Part shown: in pieces, positions 54,583 through 64,000 of the stretch
How the letters are laid out: each line of letters opens with the position of its first letter
How positions within the stretch are numbered: position 1 is the stretch's first letter
Origin: a bacterium
Lineage (GTDB): Bacteria > Desulfobacterota > Binatia > Binatales > Binataceae
Assembly (NCBI GenBank): GCA_014896235.1
Contig: JADBKU010000030.1
Location: 32,939 to 96,938, forward strand
Direction of reading: 5' to 3'
DNA length: 64,000 nucleotides
The notes under the pieces: model-generated
What the model was told of the DNA's origin: nothing
What the model saw: the letters and a program-made list of their open reading frames with translations, nothing else
The model's database searches: none
Translations under genes and position numbers: made by a program

Positions 54583-55206
54583 ATGATGAGCTTGGATCGG
54601 CGCCGACGCGGAATAATTTTTATTCTTTCGGCGCCCTCCGGCGCGGGCAAGACCACGATCTCGCGCGCGGCGCTGCAGCGGATCGGCGGTCTCGAAGCGT
54701 CGATTTCGCTGACGACGCGAACGCCGCGCGGAGGCGAAACCGATGGAATCGACTATCGCTTTGTGAGCGACGAGGAATTCAGAAGAATCCGCGATGCGGG
54801 CGAACTGGCCGAATGGGCCCAGGTTTTCGACGCGCACTACGGCACCCCGCGCGGTCCGCTTGAACGAGCCGTGGCCGAGGGCCGCGATATTCTGCTCGAC
54901 ATCGATATCCAGGGCGCCCGCCAGATTCGCCGCTGCTATCCCGCGGATACATCGACCATTTTCGTCCTGCCGCCGAGCTTCGGCGAACTCGAGGAACGCC
55001 TGCGGGGACGCGGCACTGAAGACGAAGCCGCGATCCAGCGCCGGCTTGAGCGCGCGCGCAGCGAAGCGGCGGCATGGAACGAGTACGACTATCTGATTAT
55101 CAACGCCAGGCTTGAGGACTCGATCGCCCAGCTCGACGCGATCGTGGCCGCCGAGCGAATGCGCACGGCGCGGCTCGGACCGGAGTTTGAACCATGGCGG
55201 AGCTAG
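54583..55206 (+). CDS. gmk: Guanylate kinase
   Basis: SAPSGAGKTT, TTR.PR.GE.DG.DY.F and LDIDIQGA. Confidence 0.96.
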   Translation: MMSLDRRRRGIIFILSAPSGAGKTTISRAALQRIGGLEASISLTTRTPRGGETDGIDYRFVSDEEFRRIRDAGELAEWAQVFDAHYGTPRGPLERAVAEGRDILLDIDIQGARQIRRCYPADTSTIFVLPPSFGELEERLRGRGTEDEAAIQRRLERARSEAAAWNEYDYLIINARLEDSIAQLDAIVAAERMRTARLGPEFEPWRS

Positions 55207-57440
55207 CCGCCGCCACGATCGAGCCGCAAGCCGGTCCGCCGCCCGAACTCGACACGCTGATCCGGCATGTCCAGGCCTACAATCCGCAAGCCGACGCCGC
55301 GCTGGTGCGCCGGGCGTACGAGTATTCCGCCCGGATGCATCGCGGGCAGAAACGCCGTTCCGGCGAGCCGTATGTCACCCATCCGCTGAACGTCGCCCTG
55401 ATTATCGCCGAACTCAGACTCGACATGCCGTCGATCGTCACCGGATTGCTGCACGACGTGGTCGAGGACACCGGCGCCTCGCTCGACGAAGTGCAAAGCC
55501 TGTTTGGCGGCGAGGTCGCCCGTCTGGTCGATGGGATGACCAAGGTCTCGAAGATCACTTTTTCAAGCCGCGAGGAAAAGCAGGCCGAAAATTTCCGCAA
55601 GATGGTGATCGCGATGGCGCACGATATTCGCGTCGTGCTGATCAAGCTCGCCGATCGCCTGCACAACATGCGCACGCTGAATCACCTGCCGCCCGACCGG
55701 CAGGAGGAGATTTCGCGCGAGACGCTGGAAATCTACGCTCCGATCGCCCATCGACTGGGCATCTATTGGCTCAAATCCGAACTCGAAGATTGCGCCTTCC
55801 GCTATCTTAATCCGTCGGCGTACGCGATGCTCAAAGCGCAGGTGGCGAAGAAGCGCGCCGAGCGCGAAGAATATATCCGCGGCGTGATCGACATTCTCGC
55901 GCGCCGGCTGAAGGACGGCGGAGTCAACGCGGAAGTCACAGGACGGCCGAAGCATTTCTATTCGATTCACACGAAGATGCAGCAGGAGGAGGTTGGCTTC
56001 GACGAGATTTACGATCTGGTCGCCTTCCGCATCATCGTTCCGACGCTGCGCGAATGTTACGAAGCGCTCGGCATCGTGCATGCCAACTGGAAGCCGATTC
56101 CGGGACGATTCAAGGACTATATCGCGCTGCCGAAGCCCAACATGTACCAGTCGCTGCACACCACCGTGATCGGTCCGCGCGGCCAGCGGATGGAAGTGCA
56201 GATTCGCACGCGCGAGATGCACGAGGTCGCGGAGCACGGAATCGCCGCGCACTGGTCGTACAAGGAAGGCCGCGGGCCGTCGCAGATGCGCGACGCGGAA
56301 CGCTTCGCGTGGCTGCGCCGTCTGATCGAATGGCAGCGCAATCTTAATGATCCCGAGGAATTCCTCTCAACCGTCAAGGACGACCTGTTCGCCGAAGAGG
56401 TGTTCGTCTTTACGCCCCGCGGCGACCTGCTGGATTTTCCGCAAGGCGCGACGGTTATCGATTTCGCCTACCGAATCCACTCGGAGGTGGGCCATCATCT
56501 GGCGGGCGCGCGCGTCAACGGGCGGATGGTGCCGCTGCGCTATCGACTCAAATCCGGCGACACGGTTGAGGCGATTACCTCGGAGCGGCAATCGCCGGGC
56601 AAGGATTGGGCGAATCACGTCGTCACCGCGCGCGCCAAGAGCCGCATCCGGCAGTGGCTGCGGCAGCAGCAGGCGGAGCGCTCGCTGGAGCTGGGCGTAT
56701 CGCTGCTCGACCGCGAACTGGAGCCGCTTGGCCTGAGCGTTGCGCAACTGCGCGCCAAAGGACGGTTCGAGTCCGCGCTCAAGGAGTTTTCCCAGCGCGA
56801 CGTTGACGGATTGCTCGCGGCGGTCGGCTACGGCCTGGTGACGCCGGCGCAGGCGCTGGCCAAAGTCCTCACTCCCGACGAACTCAAACTCTATCGCGGC
56901 GAAAAGCCCGCGGCGCTCGCCGCCGATCGCGAACCGCCGAAGTCCCGCGAAGCACGCCGCCAATCTCCCGGCAACGCCGTGATTGTCTCCGGCGTCGGCG
57001 ACATGCTGGTGCGGTTCGCGCGATGCTGCAGTCCGCTGCCGGGCGAAGCGATCACGGGCTTCATCACCCGCGGCCGCGGCGTCACCGTGCATCTCGCCGG
57101 ATGCCCGCACGCGCTCGCGACCGATCCGCAACGGCGCGTTCCCGTCGTATGGAAAGCCGACGAGGCGACGCCGCGGCCGATTCGGCTGGAAGTGTTGTGC
57201 GTCGATCAGCCCGGACTGCTCGCGGCGATGTCGAAAGCGATCGCGTCGGCGGGGGTGAATATCTCGACCGCCGAGGTCAAAACCACCGGCGTCGATGGAC
57301 GCGCGCTCTCGTTCTTCGAGCTGCGCGTGACCAATGCTGCGCAACTGAACAATTTGATGCACTCGATCGCGGCGATCGACGGAGTGATGCGGGTGTCGCG
57401 GATGGGATTGCGCAACGGCGCCGCGCGCCATCGGCTTTAA
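55194..57440 (+). CDS. spoT: Bifunctional (p)ppGpp synthetase/hydrolase (long RSH)
   Basis: HRGQKRRSGEPY..HP, LLHDVVED, KLADRLHNMRTL, YQSLHTT, EVQIRT, plus TGS, CC and ACT regions. Confidence 0.95.
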   Translation: MAELAAATIEPQAGPPPELDTLIRHVQAYNPQADAALVRRAYEYSARMHRGQKRRSGEPYVTHPLNVALIIAELRLDMPSIVTGLLHDVVEDTGASLDEVQSLFGGEVARLVDGMTKVSKITFSSREEKQAENFRKMVIAMAHDIRVVLIKLADRLHNMRTLNHLPPDRQEEISRETLEIYAPIAHRLGIYWLKSELEDCAFRYLNPSAYAMLKAQVAKKRAEREEYIRGVIDILARRLKDGGVNAEVTGRPKHFYSIHTKMQQEEVGFDEIYDLVAFRIIVPTLRECYEALGIVHANWKPIPGRFKDYIALPKPNMYQSLHTTVIGPRGQRMEVQIRTREMHEVAEHGIAAHWSYKEGRGPSQMRDAERFAWLRRLIEWQRNLNDPEEFLSTVKDDLFAEEVFVFTPRGDLLDFPQGATVIDFAYRIHSEVGHHLAGARVNGRMVPLRYRLKSGDTVEAITSERQSPGKDWANHVVTARAKSRIRQWLRQQQAERSLELGVSLLDRELEPLGLSVAQLRAKGRFESALKEFSQRDVDGLLAAVGYGLVTPAQALAKVLTPDELKLYRGEKPAALAADREPPKSREARRQSPGNAVIVSGVGDMLVRFARCCSPLPGEAITGFITRGRGVTVHLAGCPHALATDPQRRVPVVWKADEATPRPIRLEVLCVDQPGLLAAMSKAIASAGVNISTAEVKTTGVDGRALSFFELRVTNAAQLNNLMHSIAAIDGVMRVSRMGLRNGAARHRL

Positions 57441-57505
57441 TCGGCGTAGCGGATCGCGCCATTTTTTCCGGACGCCGCTGGGGCGGAATTCGGACCGGTT
57501 CGAGA

Positions 57506-57901
57506 ATGAGCAAAACAATCGAAACAAAAGGCGCTCCGGCCGCTATCGGGCCGTATGCGCAAGCGATTGACGACGGCGAAACGATCTACTGTTCAGGCCA
57601 AATCGGACTCGATCCCGCGAGCGCGCGCCTGGTTGACGGCGGAGTCGAAGCCGAGACGCGCCGCGCGATGGCGAATCTTCGCGCAGTGCTCAGCGCCGCG
57701 GGGCTCGGTTTCGACTCGATCGTAAAAACGACGATCTTCCTCGCAGATCTGGCCGACTTTGAAATCGTCAACCGAATTTACGGCGAGCACTTCGAGCCGC
57801 CCTACCCCGCGCGCTCTACGGTTCAGGTTGCGGCGCTGCCGCGCAATGCGCGGGTCGAAATCGAGGCGATCGCCCGCCGCCGGCCGAACTCGCGGCGCTG
57901 A
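57506..57901 (+). CDS. ridA: RidA/YjgF family enamine deaminase
   Basis: APAAIGPY.QA, SGQIG and YPARSTVQVAALP...VEIEAIA. Confidence 0.92.
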   Translation: MSKTIETKGAPAAIGPYAQAIDDGETIYCSGQIGLDPASARLVDGGVEAETRRAMANLRAVLSAAGLGFDSIVKTTIFLADLADFEIVNRIYGEHFEPPYPARSTVQVAALPRNARVEIEAIARRRPNSRR

Positions 57902-57905
57902 CTTT

Positions 57906-58109
57906 TCAATTATCGCGCGGCGCGCCCTCGTCGCATTTTTTGCAATCGAGTTCGACGCCGAGCCGCGAACGCCGGCCCGCTTCGGAGGTCACCCACGAAC
58001 GGATTTGGAACGGCGGCCGATGGCGCACGTGCTGATTGTGGCCGCAGGCAAGTTCGGCCACCCAATCGCCGGCTTCGTCGGTATGAAACCCCGTGATCGC
58101 GCTTTTCAT
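57906..58109 (-). CDS. DUF3565 family small protein
   Basis: GFHTDEAGDWVAELACGHNQHVRHRPP...LDCKKCD. Confidence 0.85.
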   Translation of the reverse strand: MKSAITGFHTDEAGDWVAELACGHNQHVRHRPPFQIRSWVTSEAGRRSRLGVELDCKKCDEGAPRDN

Positions 58110-58118
58110 CGCGTGCGA

Positions 58119-58760
58119 TCAGCGCGGCGCGTCCGGTTGCGCTTCCGGCCGCGCGGCGGCGAAAGCGGGATGGGCGGAGCAGGCCTGCTCGATCCGCACG
58201 ATGGTCGGGAACGGCGTCATATCAAGCTTTACGCGGCGCGCATTGTAAACCTGCGGCGCAAGAAAAATGTCGGCCAGCGTGGGCGCGTCGCCGTGGCAGA
58301 AACGTCCCGTCTCGGGCGCGCCTGCGAGCATCCGCTCGATCGCGCCAAACCCCACCGTGATCCAATGCGCCATCCATTCCATCCGCTGCGCATCGGTCGC
58401 GCCGTATTTTCTGACCAGTTCGGCCGACACGCGCAGATTGCCGACGGCGTGAATCTCACACGCGACCGCGAGCGCGATCGCGCGCACCCGCGCCCGTCCG
58501 GCCGGATCGGGCGGCAATATCGGCGGATGCGGATGAGTCTCTTCAAGGTACTCGCAAATCGCCATCGATTGAGCAAATAGCTTTCCGCCGTCTTCAAGCG
58601 TCGGCACCACGCCGAGCGGGTTTACCGCAAGATATTCGGGCGATTTGGATTCGCCCGTCAGCAGATTCACGCTCGCGTATTCGTACGGAACGCCTTTCAG
58701 CGCGAGCGCGATTCGCACACGGTAGCTCGCCGATGATCGCCAAAAATTGTAAAGCTTCAT
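58119..58760 (-). CDS. maiA: Maleylacetoacetate isomerase (GST zeta)
   Basis: LYNFWRSSASYRVRIAL.LKG, QSMAICEYL and A.PEAQPDA. Confidence 0.93.
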   Translation of the reverse strand: MKLYNFWRSSASYRVRIALALKGVPYEYASVNLLTGESKSPEYLAVNPLGVVPTLEDGGKLFAQSMAICEYLEETHPHPPILPPDPAGRARVRAIALAVACEIHAVGNLRVSAELVRKYGATDAQRMEWMAHWITVGFGAIERMLAGAPETGRFCHGDAPTLADIFLAPQVYNARRVKLDMTPFPTIVRIEQACSAHPAFAAARPEAQPDAPR

Positions 58761-58780
58761 CGCGCCTGTCTCCGCTCCGC

Positions 58781-59908
58781 TCAATCGCGGATTTTCCATG
58801 CGTCAACGTAGGTCGAATCTTCCACGGCTTCGGCCTCGGGCGCGACGTCCACCGGATCGCGCGCGTCGATATACACCGCAACCTCGTCGGTCTCGCTGCG
58901 CGCGCGTTTCGCGCCGATTGCGAACGCTTTCGGCTGCGGACCGTGCGGGAACCCCGACGGATGCAGGCTCATCATGCCGGGGCCGAAATTGTCGCGGCTG
59001 AAAAACTGTCCGCGATGAAGAAAAATGATCTCTTCGATATCGTCGTCATTGTGAAAATACGGAACTTTCAGGGCGCCCGGATCGGTCTCGATCGGCCGCG
59101 GCGCGAAAGTCCCGACCATGAAGCGCTCGGCCACGAAATTGACGTGCGCCGACGGCGGGATATGGTAGCGCGCGCTCACGATCGGCCGGATATCCCGCCA
59201 ATTCAGTTTCACCGGAACCAAATCGCCGTGCCATCCAAGCGCGTCGAGCGGATTGAACGGATAAGTCACGGCGCTCAATCGATCGCGTTTCTTGATCACG
59301 ATCCGCCACGGCTCCTCGCTTTGCTGCGCGCGGAACGCCGCATCGATTTTCGGCGTATCGAGGACGTTGGGATCGAATATCGCATGATGGCCAACGATGC
59401 CTTTTTCCGGCAACTGATAGGAATCTCCGGTCGCCTCCAGCAGCAGCGCCGCCACCGAGGCGGCCGGCTCGATCCGCCACGCCGTACCGCGCGGGAGCAC
59501 GATATAGTCGCCGTCGCGAAAGGTCATATGGCCATAGTCGCAAAACAATTCGCCGGCGCCCTCGTGGATGAAGATCAGTTCGTCGCCGTCTCCGTTGCGC
59601 GCCAAATCGGCCATCCGGCCGTCGCAGCGCCAGAACCTGAGCTTCAGATACGCGTTGCCCAGCACCGGCGCCGCGCCCCATGGCGATTCCGTGGCGGCGC
59701 CCAGTTTCGTCAGATCGAAAGCGCGCGGACGCAGCGGCCCCTCCCAATCGCTCCAGGAAGTGGGAGGATGGCGGTGCAGCATATCGGTCGCGGGACCGAA
59801 AAATCCTTCCCGGCCAAGTTCGCGCTCATAGACGCCCTCGGGCAAATCGCAATGCGCCTGGCGGGTGGTCTGGCCCTCGGCCAGCGGGATGCGAATCCAT
59901 TTTCTCAT
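58781..59908 (-). CDS. hmgA: Homogentisate 1,2-dioxygenase
   Basis: RNGDGDEL.F.H, GWHGDL, HIPPSAH, PYFHNDD and LHPSGFPHGP. Confidence 0.9.
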   Translation of the reverse strand: MRKWIRIPLAEGQTTRQAHCDLPEGVYERELGREGFFGPATDMLHRHPPTSWSDWEGPLRPRAFDLTKLGAATESPWGAAPVLGNAYLKLRFWRCDGRMADLARNGDGDELIFIHEGAGELFCDYGHMTFRDGDYIVLPRGTAWRIEPAASVAALLLEATGDSYQLPEKGIVGHHAIFDPNVLDTPKIDAAFRAQQSEEPWRIVIKKRDRLSAVTYPFNPLDALGWHGDLVPVKLNWRDIRPIVSARYHIPPSAHVNFVAERFMVGTFAPRPIETDPGALKVPYFHNDDDIEEIIFLHRGQFFSRDNFGPGMMSLHPSGFPHGPQPKAFAIGAKRARSETDEVAVYIDARDPVDVAPEAEAVEDSTYVDAWKIRD

Positions 59909-60079
59909 CGCACGCCTCCACAGCGTTGAATCGCACGGCGAGTATAGCGCCGGAGCGGTTCTCGCCTGCAAACGCCAGGATGCGCCGACCGCCGTTGACC
60001 GGCGAAACGTCTGCCGTTAGCGTTGACCAAGCGGAACCGTTCGGCTTCCGTCCCAGCTTTCACTTCGTCGCGAGCGCGC

Positions 60080-62218
60080 ATGAACCATCTGAATGAAATC
60101 CAGGTGCTGCGTTTTTTGATTCAGTTCACGCTCCTGTTCGTCAGCGCGCGGCTGCTTGCCGACGTGATGAAGCGGCTCGGCCAGGCGACCGTTATCGGCG
60201 AGCTGCTTGCCGGCATTCTGCTCGGACCGACGGTGCTGGGTCATTTCGCGCCCACGCTGCATCGCATCCTCTTTCCACCCGACGCAATCGTCAACCATTT
60301 GATCGACGGCGTGGCCTGGCTCGGCGTGATCATGCTGCTGCTGATGACCGGCCTCGAGACCGATCTCGGCCTGCTCAAGCGGGTCGGGCGCGGCGCGCTT
60401 TCGATTTCGATTCTCGGCGTGCTTGCGCCGGGCGCGGCGGGTTTCGCGCTCGGATGGGCGCTGCCGGCGATCTATCTCGTCAAGCCGGACGATCGGCTGA
60501 TCTTCAGCCTGTTCATGGCGGTCGCGATGGCGATTTCGGCGGTTCCGGTCATCGCCAAAATCCTGATGGACTTCGATTTGATGCGCCGCGATCTGGGCAT
60601 GACGATCCTGGCGGCCGGGATAATCGACGACACGCTTGGATGGATCGCGCTGTCCGTGGTCGCCGGCCTGGCGGCGCATGGCGCCGTGGATTTGCGCTCG
60701 CTCGGCGGAACGATTCTGGCGATCGTTCTGTTCGTGGGCTTCTGCTATTACGCGGGCGGCGCATTGGTGCTGCGCCTGATGCGCTGGATTGACGATCACG
60801 CACAGGCGGAACATGCCGGGATGAGCGCGCTGGTCGGCGTCGCGATGGTCTGCGCGATCGTCACACAGGCGATTGGCATCCACGCCGTCTTTGGCGCGTA
60901 TATCGCCGGATTGATGATCGGGCGTTCCGCACGGCTGCATCGGCTCGACCGCACCGATCTTGAGGCCGCCACGGTCGGCGTCTTCGCTCCCGTCTTCTTC
61001 GGTTTCTCGGGACTCAAGGCGAACCTCTTCGCAATTCACCAGCTCTGGATCGCGATCGCCGTCCTCGCGATCGCGATCGCGGGCAAGCTGGTCGGATGCA
61101 CGTTGGGATCGCGCATCCATGGCCTCGGCTGGCGCGAGTCGCTTGCCGTCGCAATTGGCATGGACGCGCGCGGCGGAATGGGCATCATCGTCGGCATGAT
61201 CGGCCTCAATATGGGCGTGCTCGGACCGGAGATGTACGCGATCGTGATCATGGTCGCGCTGGTCACTTCGCTGATGACGCCGCCGCTTCTTTCATGGGTG
61301 CTGGCGGGCCTCGAGCCGGGACCCGAAGAGATCGAACGGTTCGAGCGCGAAAAGATGCTCGCGCGAGTGCCGTTTACGAAAGAGGGCGCGAAGCTGCTGG
61401 TGCTGAGCGGCGGCGGGCCGCACGCGCGTCTTGCGGCGCATCTGGCGGGCGTCCTTGGCAACCATCCGGACGCGACGATCACGATCTTCCGCGCGACCGT
61501 GGCGGAATCGGCGCCGGCGAACCCCGCCGAGGAGGAAATCGCGCGGAATCTGGCGGCGCTCAAAACGATCGCGGTGCAGAGCGGCGCGCCCAACGTGATC
61601 ACGCGCACCGGCTCCGGCGATTCGGCCGCGGAAGCGATCCTGAAAGAAAGCGCGCGCGGCTACGACGCGATTTTTGTCGGCGCGTCGCAAAATCCCGGCG
61701 GCGACGACGACGCGCTCGCAGGCGAAGTATTGCCGCGAATCGTCGCCGACGCGCGCACGCCAATCATTATCGCGCGAGACGCGGGCGCGCCGATTCCGCT
61801 GCGGCGAGCGCTGGCGCCCACGACCGGCGCGACCTTCTCGCGGCTCGGCGCGAGTCTCGCAATGTTATACGCGCATGCGACCGGCGCCACGATTACGGCG
61901 CTGTTCGTGAATGAGGCGCCCTTCACGCTTCGCAGTCTGTACCGCCGCGCCGACGCGGAGCGCGACGGAGTGCCGATCGCCGAGGAAATCCGCAAGCTTG
62001 GCGAACCGCTGGGCGTGGCGGTTGACGCGCGCGTGGCGACCGGCGGGCGTCCCGAACGGGTGATCCTCGACGCCGCCGCGCGGATGTCAGCCGACCTGCT
62101 CGTGATCGGCGTAATGCGCCGTCCGTCGAATGGCCATCTGAATTTCGGACCGAAGGTCGATTACATCCTGCGGAACGCGCGATGCGCGATCGCATTGGCC
62201 GTCACGCCCGACACCTAA
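60080..62218 (+). CDS. CPA2 cation:proton antiporter fused to two USP-like domains
   Basis: IGELLAGILLGPTVLG, AGIIDD.LGW, HAVFGAY and ARGGMG; C-terminal ADLLVIG...FGPKVDYILRNARC. Confidence 0.88.
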   Translation: MNHLNEIQVLRFLIQFTLLFVSARLLADVMKRLGQATVIGELLAGILLGPTVLGHFAPTLHRILFPPDAIVNHLIDGVAWLGVIMLLLMTGLETDLGLLKRVGRGALSISILGVLAPGAAGFALGWALPAIYLVKPDDRLIFSLFMAVAMAISAVPVIAKILMDFDLMRRDLGMTILAAGIIDDTLGWIALSVVAGLAAHGAVDLRSLGGTILAIVLFVGFCYYAGGALVLRLMRWIDDHAQAEHAGMSALVGVAMVCAIVTQAIGIHAVFGAYIAGLMIGRSARLHRLDRTDLEAATVGVFAPVFFGFSGLKANLFAIHQLWIAIAVLAIAIAGKLVGCTLGSRIHGLGWRESLAVAIGMDARGGMGIIVGMIGLNMGVLGPEMYAIVIMVALVTSLMTPPLLSWVLAGLEPGPEEIERFEREKMLARVPFTKEGAKLLVLSGGGPHARLAAHLAGVLGNHPDATITIFRATVAESAPANPAEEEIARNLAALKTIAVQSGAPNVITRTGSGDSAAEAILKESARGYDAIFVGASQNPGGDDDALAGEVLPRIVADARTPIIIARDAGAPIPLRRALAPTTGATFSRLGASLAMLYAHATGATITALFVNEAPFTLRSLYRRADAERDGVPIAEEIRKLGEPLGVAVDARVATGGRPERVILDAAARMSADLLVIGVMRRPSNGHLNFGPKVDYILRNARCAIALAVTPDT

Positions 62219-62326
62219 TCGCGACAACCTCGCGAGTCGCGCCGCCAAACCGTCGCTGACGGGCCGGATTTACACTTCAACGAAGCTGTTCTCTGGACGC
62301 TTCAGCGTCGCGGCTATCGCTGCCGC

Positions 62327-62557
62327 TTAACGGCAGCCGCATCCGCCGCCGCAACAAGCTCCGCCGCCGCCCATCGCCGTCCCGCCGGAAACGGGAGCGT
62401 TTCCGTTCGAGCCATGCGCCGCCGCGAAGACGGACATCTCCCGGCTCAGCCGCACGCCATGGCAATCAGGACATTCGGCGTCTTCCGCGTGCCCCGGACG
62501 GACCAGCGTTTCAAACGAGCGATCGCAGTCTTCGCAGTAAAATTCGTAAATCGGCAT
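62327..62557 (-). CDS. FmdB family zinc-ribbon protein
   Basis: MPIYEFYCEDC...CPDC with a GGACCGGGCGC tail. Confidence 0.9.
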   Translation of the reverse strand: MPIYEFYCEDCDRSFETLVRPGHAEDAECPDCHGVRLSREMSVFAAAHGSNGNAPVSGGTAMGGGGACCGGGCGCR

Positions 62558-62581
62558 CGTGATTAGCCTCCGAACGGACCC

Positions 62582-62986
62582 TCATTCGTCAAACGGCTGC
62601 GCGTATTCGACCAGCACTCCGCGCGTCGCCTTCGGATGGAGAAAGCATATCATCCCGGCCAATCCGGGCCGCGGCTTTTGATCGATTACCGGGATTCCCT
62701 TGGCCTTAGTCGCTTCCAGCTCGCGCGCAACGTCGTCGCTTTCGAAACAAACGTGATGCAATCCGCCTCCGCGACGCGCGAGGAACTTGCCAACGCCGTT
62801 TTCGGGATTAAGCGGTTCGAGAAGTTCGATCTCGGTTTCCCCGGCCTGCAACAGCGCAGCCTTGACGCCCTGGTCAGCGACAGTCTGGGTTTTGGTCAAA
62901 TGCAGTCCGAGCAGGTCGCGCCAAAACCGCATCGCCTTATCCAGGTCGGGCACCACCACGCCGACATGATGAATCTTCTTCAGCAT
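62582..62986 (-). CDS. mce: Methylmalonyl-CoA epimerase (VOC family)
   Basis: IHHVGVVV, IELLEP, GLHHVCF and FLHPKAT.GVLVE. Confidence 0.88.
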   Translation of the reverse strand: MLKKIHHVGVVVPDLDKAMRFWRDLLGLHLTKTQTVADQGVKAALLQAGETEIELLEPLNPENGVGKFLARRGGGLHHVCFESDDVARELEATKAKGIPVIDQKPRPGLAGMICFLHPKATRGVLVEYAQPFDE

Positions 62987-62990
62987 CGTT

Positions 62991-64000
62991 TCAGCCTTCC
63001 GAGCGATTGCCGCAGAGCTTGCGCTGCAGATCGCTCCATCTTTCCTTCATTCGCGGCGATCCGAGGTTCGGATGCTCGCTGCGGGTGACGGTCAGTTTAT
63101 TGCAGGCGCCGGCTACATTGCCCTCGTCCGCGAAAATCCGCGCCATATTATATTTCGCCTCGAAAAACAGGCTATCGGATTCGGCGGCGACGGATTCGAC
63201 CCGGCTCCAGAGGTCGAGCGCGTCTTTGTAATCGTTGCGCGCCTGCGCGATTCGCGCCAGCCCGGCGTTGGCGTCGGGCGACGCCGGATCGGCGGCGGCG
63301 ACCTGTTTGAAGGTGGCTTCGGCCTTATCGGTCTGGTTGGTCGCGAGATACGCCTCGCCCAGCACCGAGAGCGTCCCGGTTAGATCCTTGACGGGAATTT
63401 TTCCCTCGTCGGCCTGTCGTGCGAAATATTCGTAGGTAATCGCGGTGAGCTTCGCGTTCTCAAGATAACCGCGATCGTCGCCGGCCGCGCGGCTCGCTTT
63501 GGCCGCGCGCCAGAAGCTCATCCCGACTTCCTTGATATAATCGTCGCGCGCCGAAGACTTGGCGTCTTTGGCGACCAGCGCCGCGGCCTCGCGATCCAGT
63601 TCGGCGTATTGCGCGGTGCGATCGAGCGCGGTTAGGCGCCATTTGACGACTTCGGCGAACTTGGCGGACATCGCCGGATACTGAGTTTCGTAATTCGCCA
63701 GCATCGAGGCGATCCGCGGATAATCGACCTTCGGTTCCTCTTCAAGCAGCGCGGTCAGCATGTAAATCGCACGGCCCCGGCTGTCGCGCAACGCTTTTTG
63801 CTGCGCGGCCGGCGAAGCGCGTTCCGCGCCCGGCTCCATCTGAATCGCGCTGGCAAGCGCGTCCATCGCTTTTTTGCGCAACGCATCGCGCTCGGCGAGC
63901 GGCGCTGCGACAGGCGGCTTGCCGCCATTCGCGGATGCCGAAGGCGTTTTGTCGAGCGCCTCGAGCGCCCGGTAATAACATTCCGCGGCGTTGTAACGCG
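62991..64000 (-). CDS. Large TPR-containing protein, 5' end beyond the window
   Basis: TPR-like helices (LGEAYLATNQTDKAEATF; ANAGLARIAQ); the frame appears to stay open upstream of 63881. Confidence 0.7.
   Translation of the reverse strand, partial: RYNAAECYYRALEALDKTPSASANGGKPPVAAPLAERDALRKKAMDALASAIQMEPGAERASPAAQQKALRDSRGRAIYMLTALLEEEPKVDYPRIASMLANYETQYPAMSAKFAEVVKWRLTALDRTAQYAELDREAAALVAKDAKSSARDDYIKEVGMSFWRAAKASRAAGDDRGYLENAKLTAITYEYFARQADEGKIPVKDLTGTLSVLGEAYLATNQTDKAEATFKQVAAADPASPDANAGLARIAQARNDYKDALDLWSRVESVAAESDSLFFEAKYNMARIFADEGNVAGACNKLTVTRSEHPNLGSPRMKERWSDLQRKLCGNRSEG

Overview
GC-rich bacterial chromosomal window. The gene content and several orphan families suggest a Deltaproteobacteria-like lineage such as Candidatus Binatota (inference). 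Most of it is housekeeping and metabolism: malQ, trmFO, ppx, HU, tRNA-Ser(GGA), efp, rsfS-nadD-proA, yicC-gmk-relA/spoT-ridA, hmgA-maiA, mce, many glycosyltransferases and crotonases. Two regions stand out. (1) 37.7-42.9 kb, minus strand: an amidohydrolase / crotonase / acyl-CoA ligase / degenerate crotonase operon bracketed by two paralogous microproteins that the ORF track misses (47 aa and 39 aa). Both have the exact desulforedoxin Cys spacing C-x2-C-x15-CC, and one ends in an extra EAKPLPSSD tail. This is a candidate undescribed carrier-protein or metalloprotein-dependent acyl/amide pathway. (2) 4.2-8.5 kb: a decaying Mu-like phage module (CI-type repressor, stand-alone DnaA domain-IV HTH, Mor-type activator, GH108 endolysin with an in-frame TAG, holin-position protein, Rz-like gene). 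It ends in an apparent deletion junction with the 3' fragment of an FAD oxidoreductase. Other items: a Fur-box-like site, a sigma54-type promoter before an orphan gene, tandem GT-C-like paralogues, a frameshifted methyltransferase, a SET-domain gene and a secreted three-repeat protein with a YGMSP tail. All calls come from reading motifs by eye; no database searches were run.
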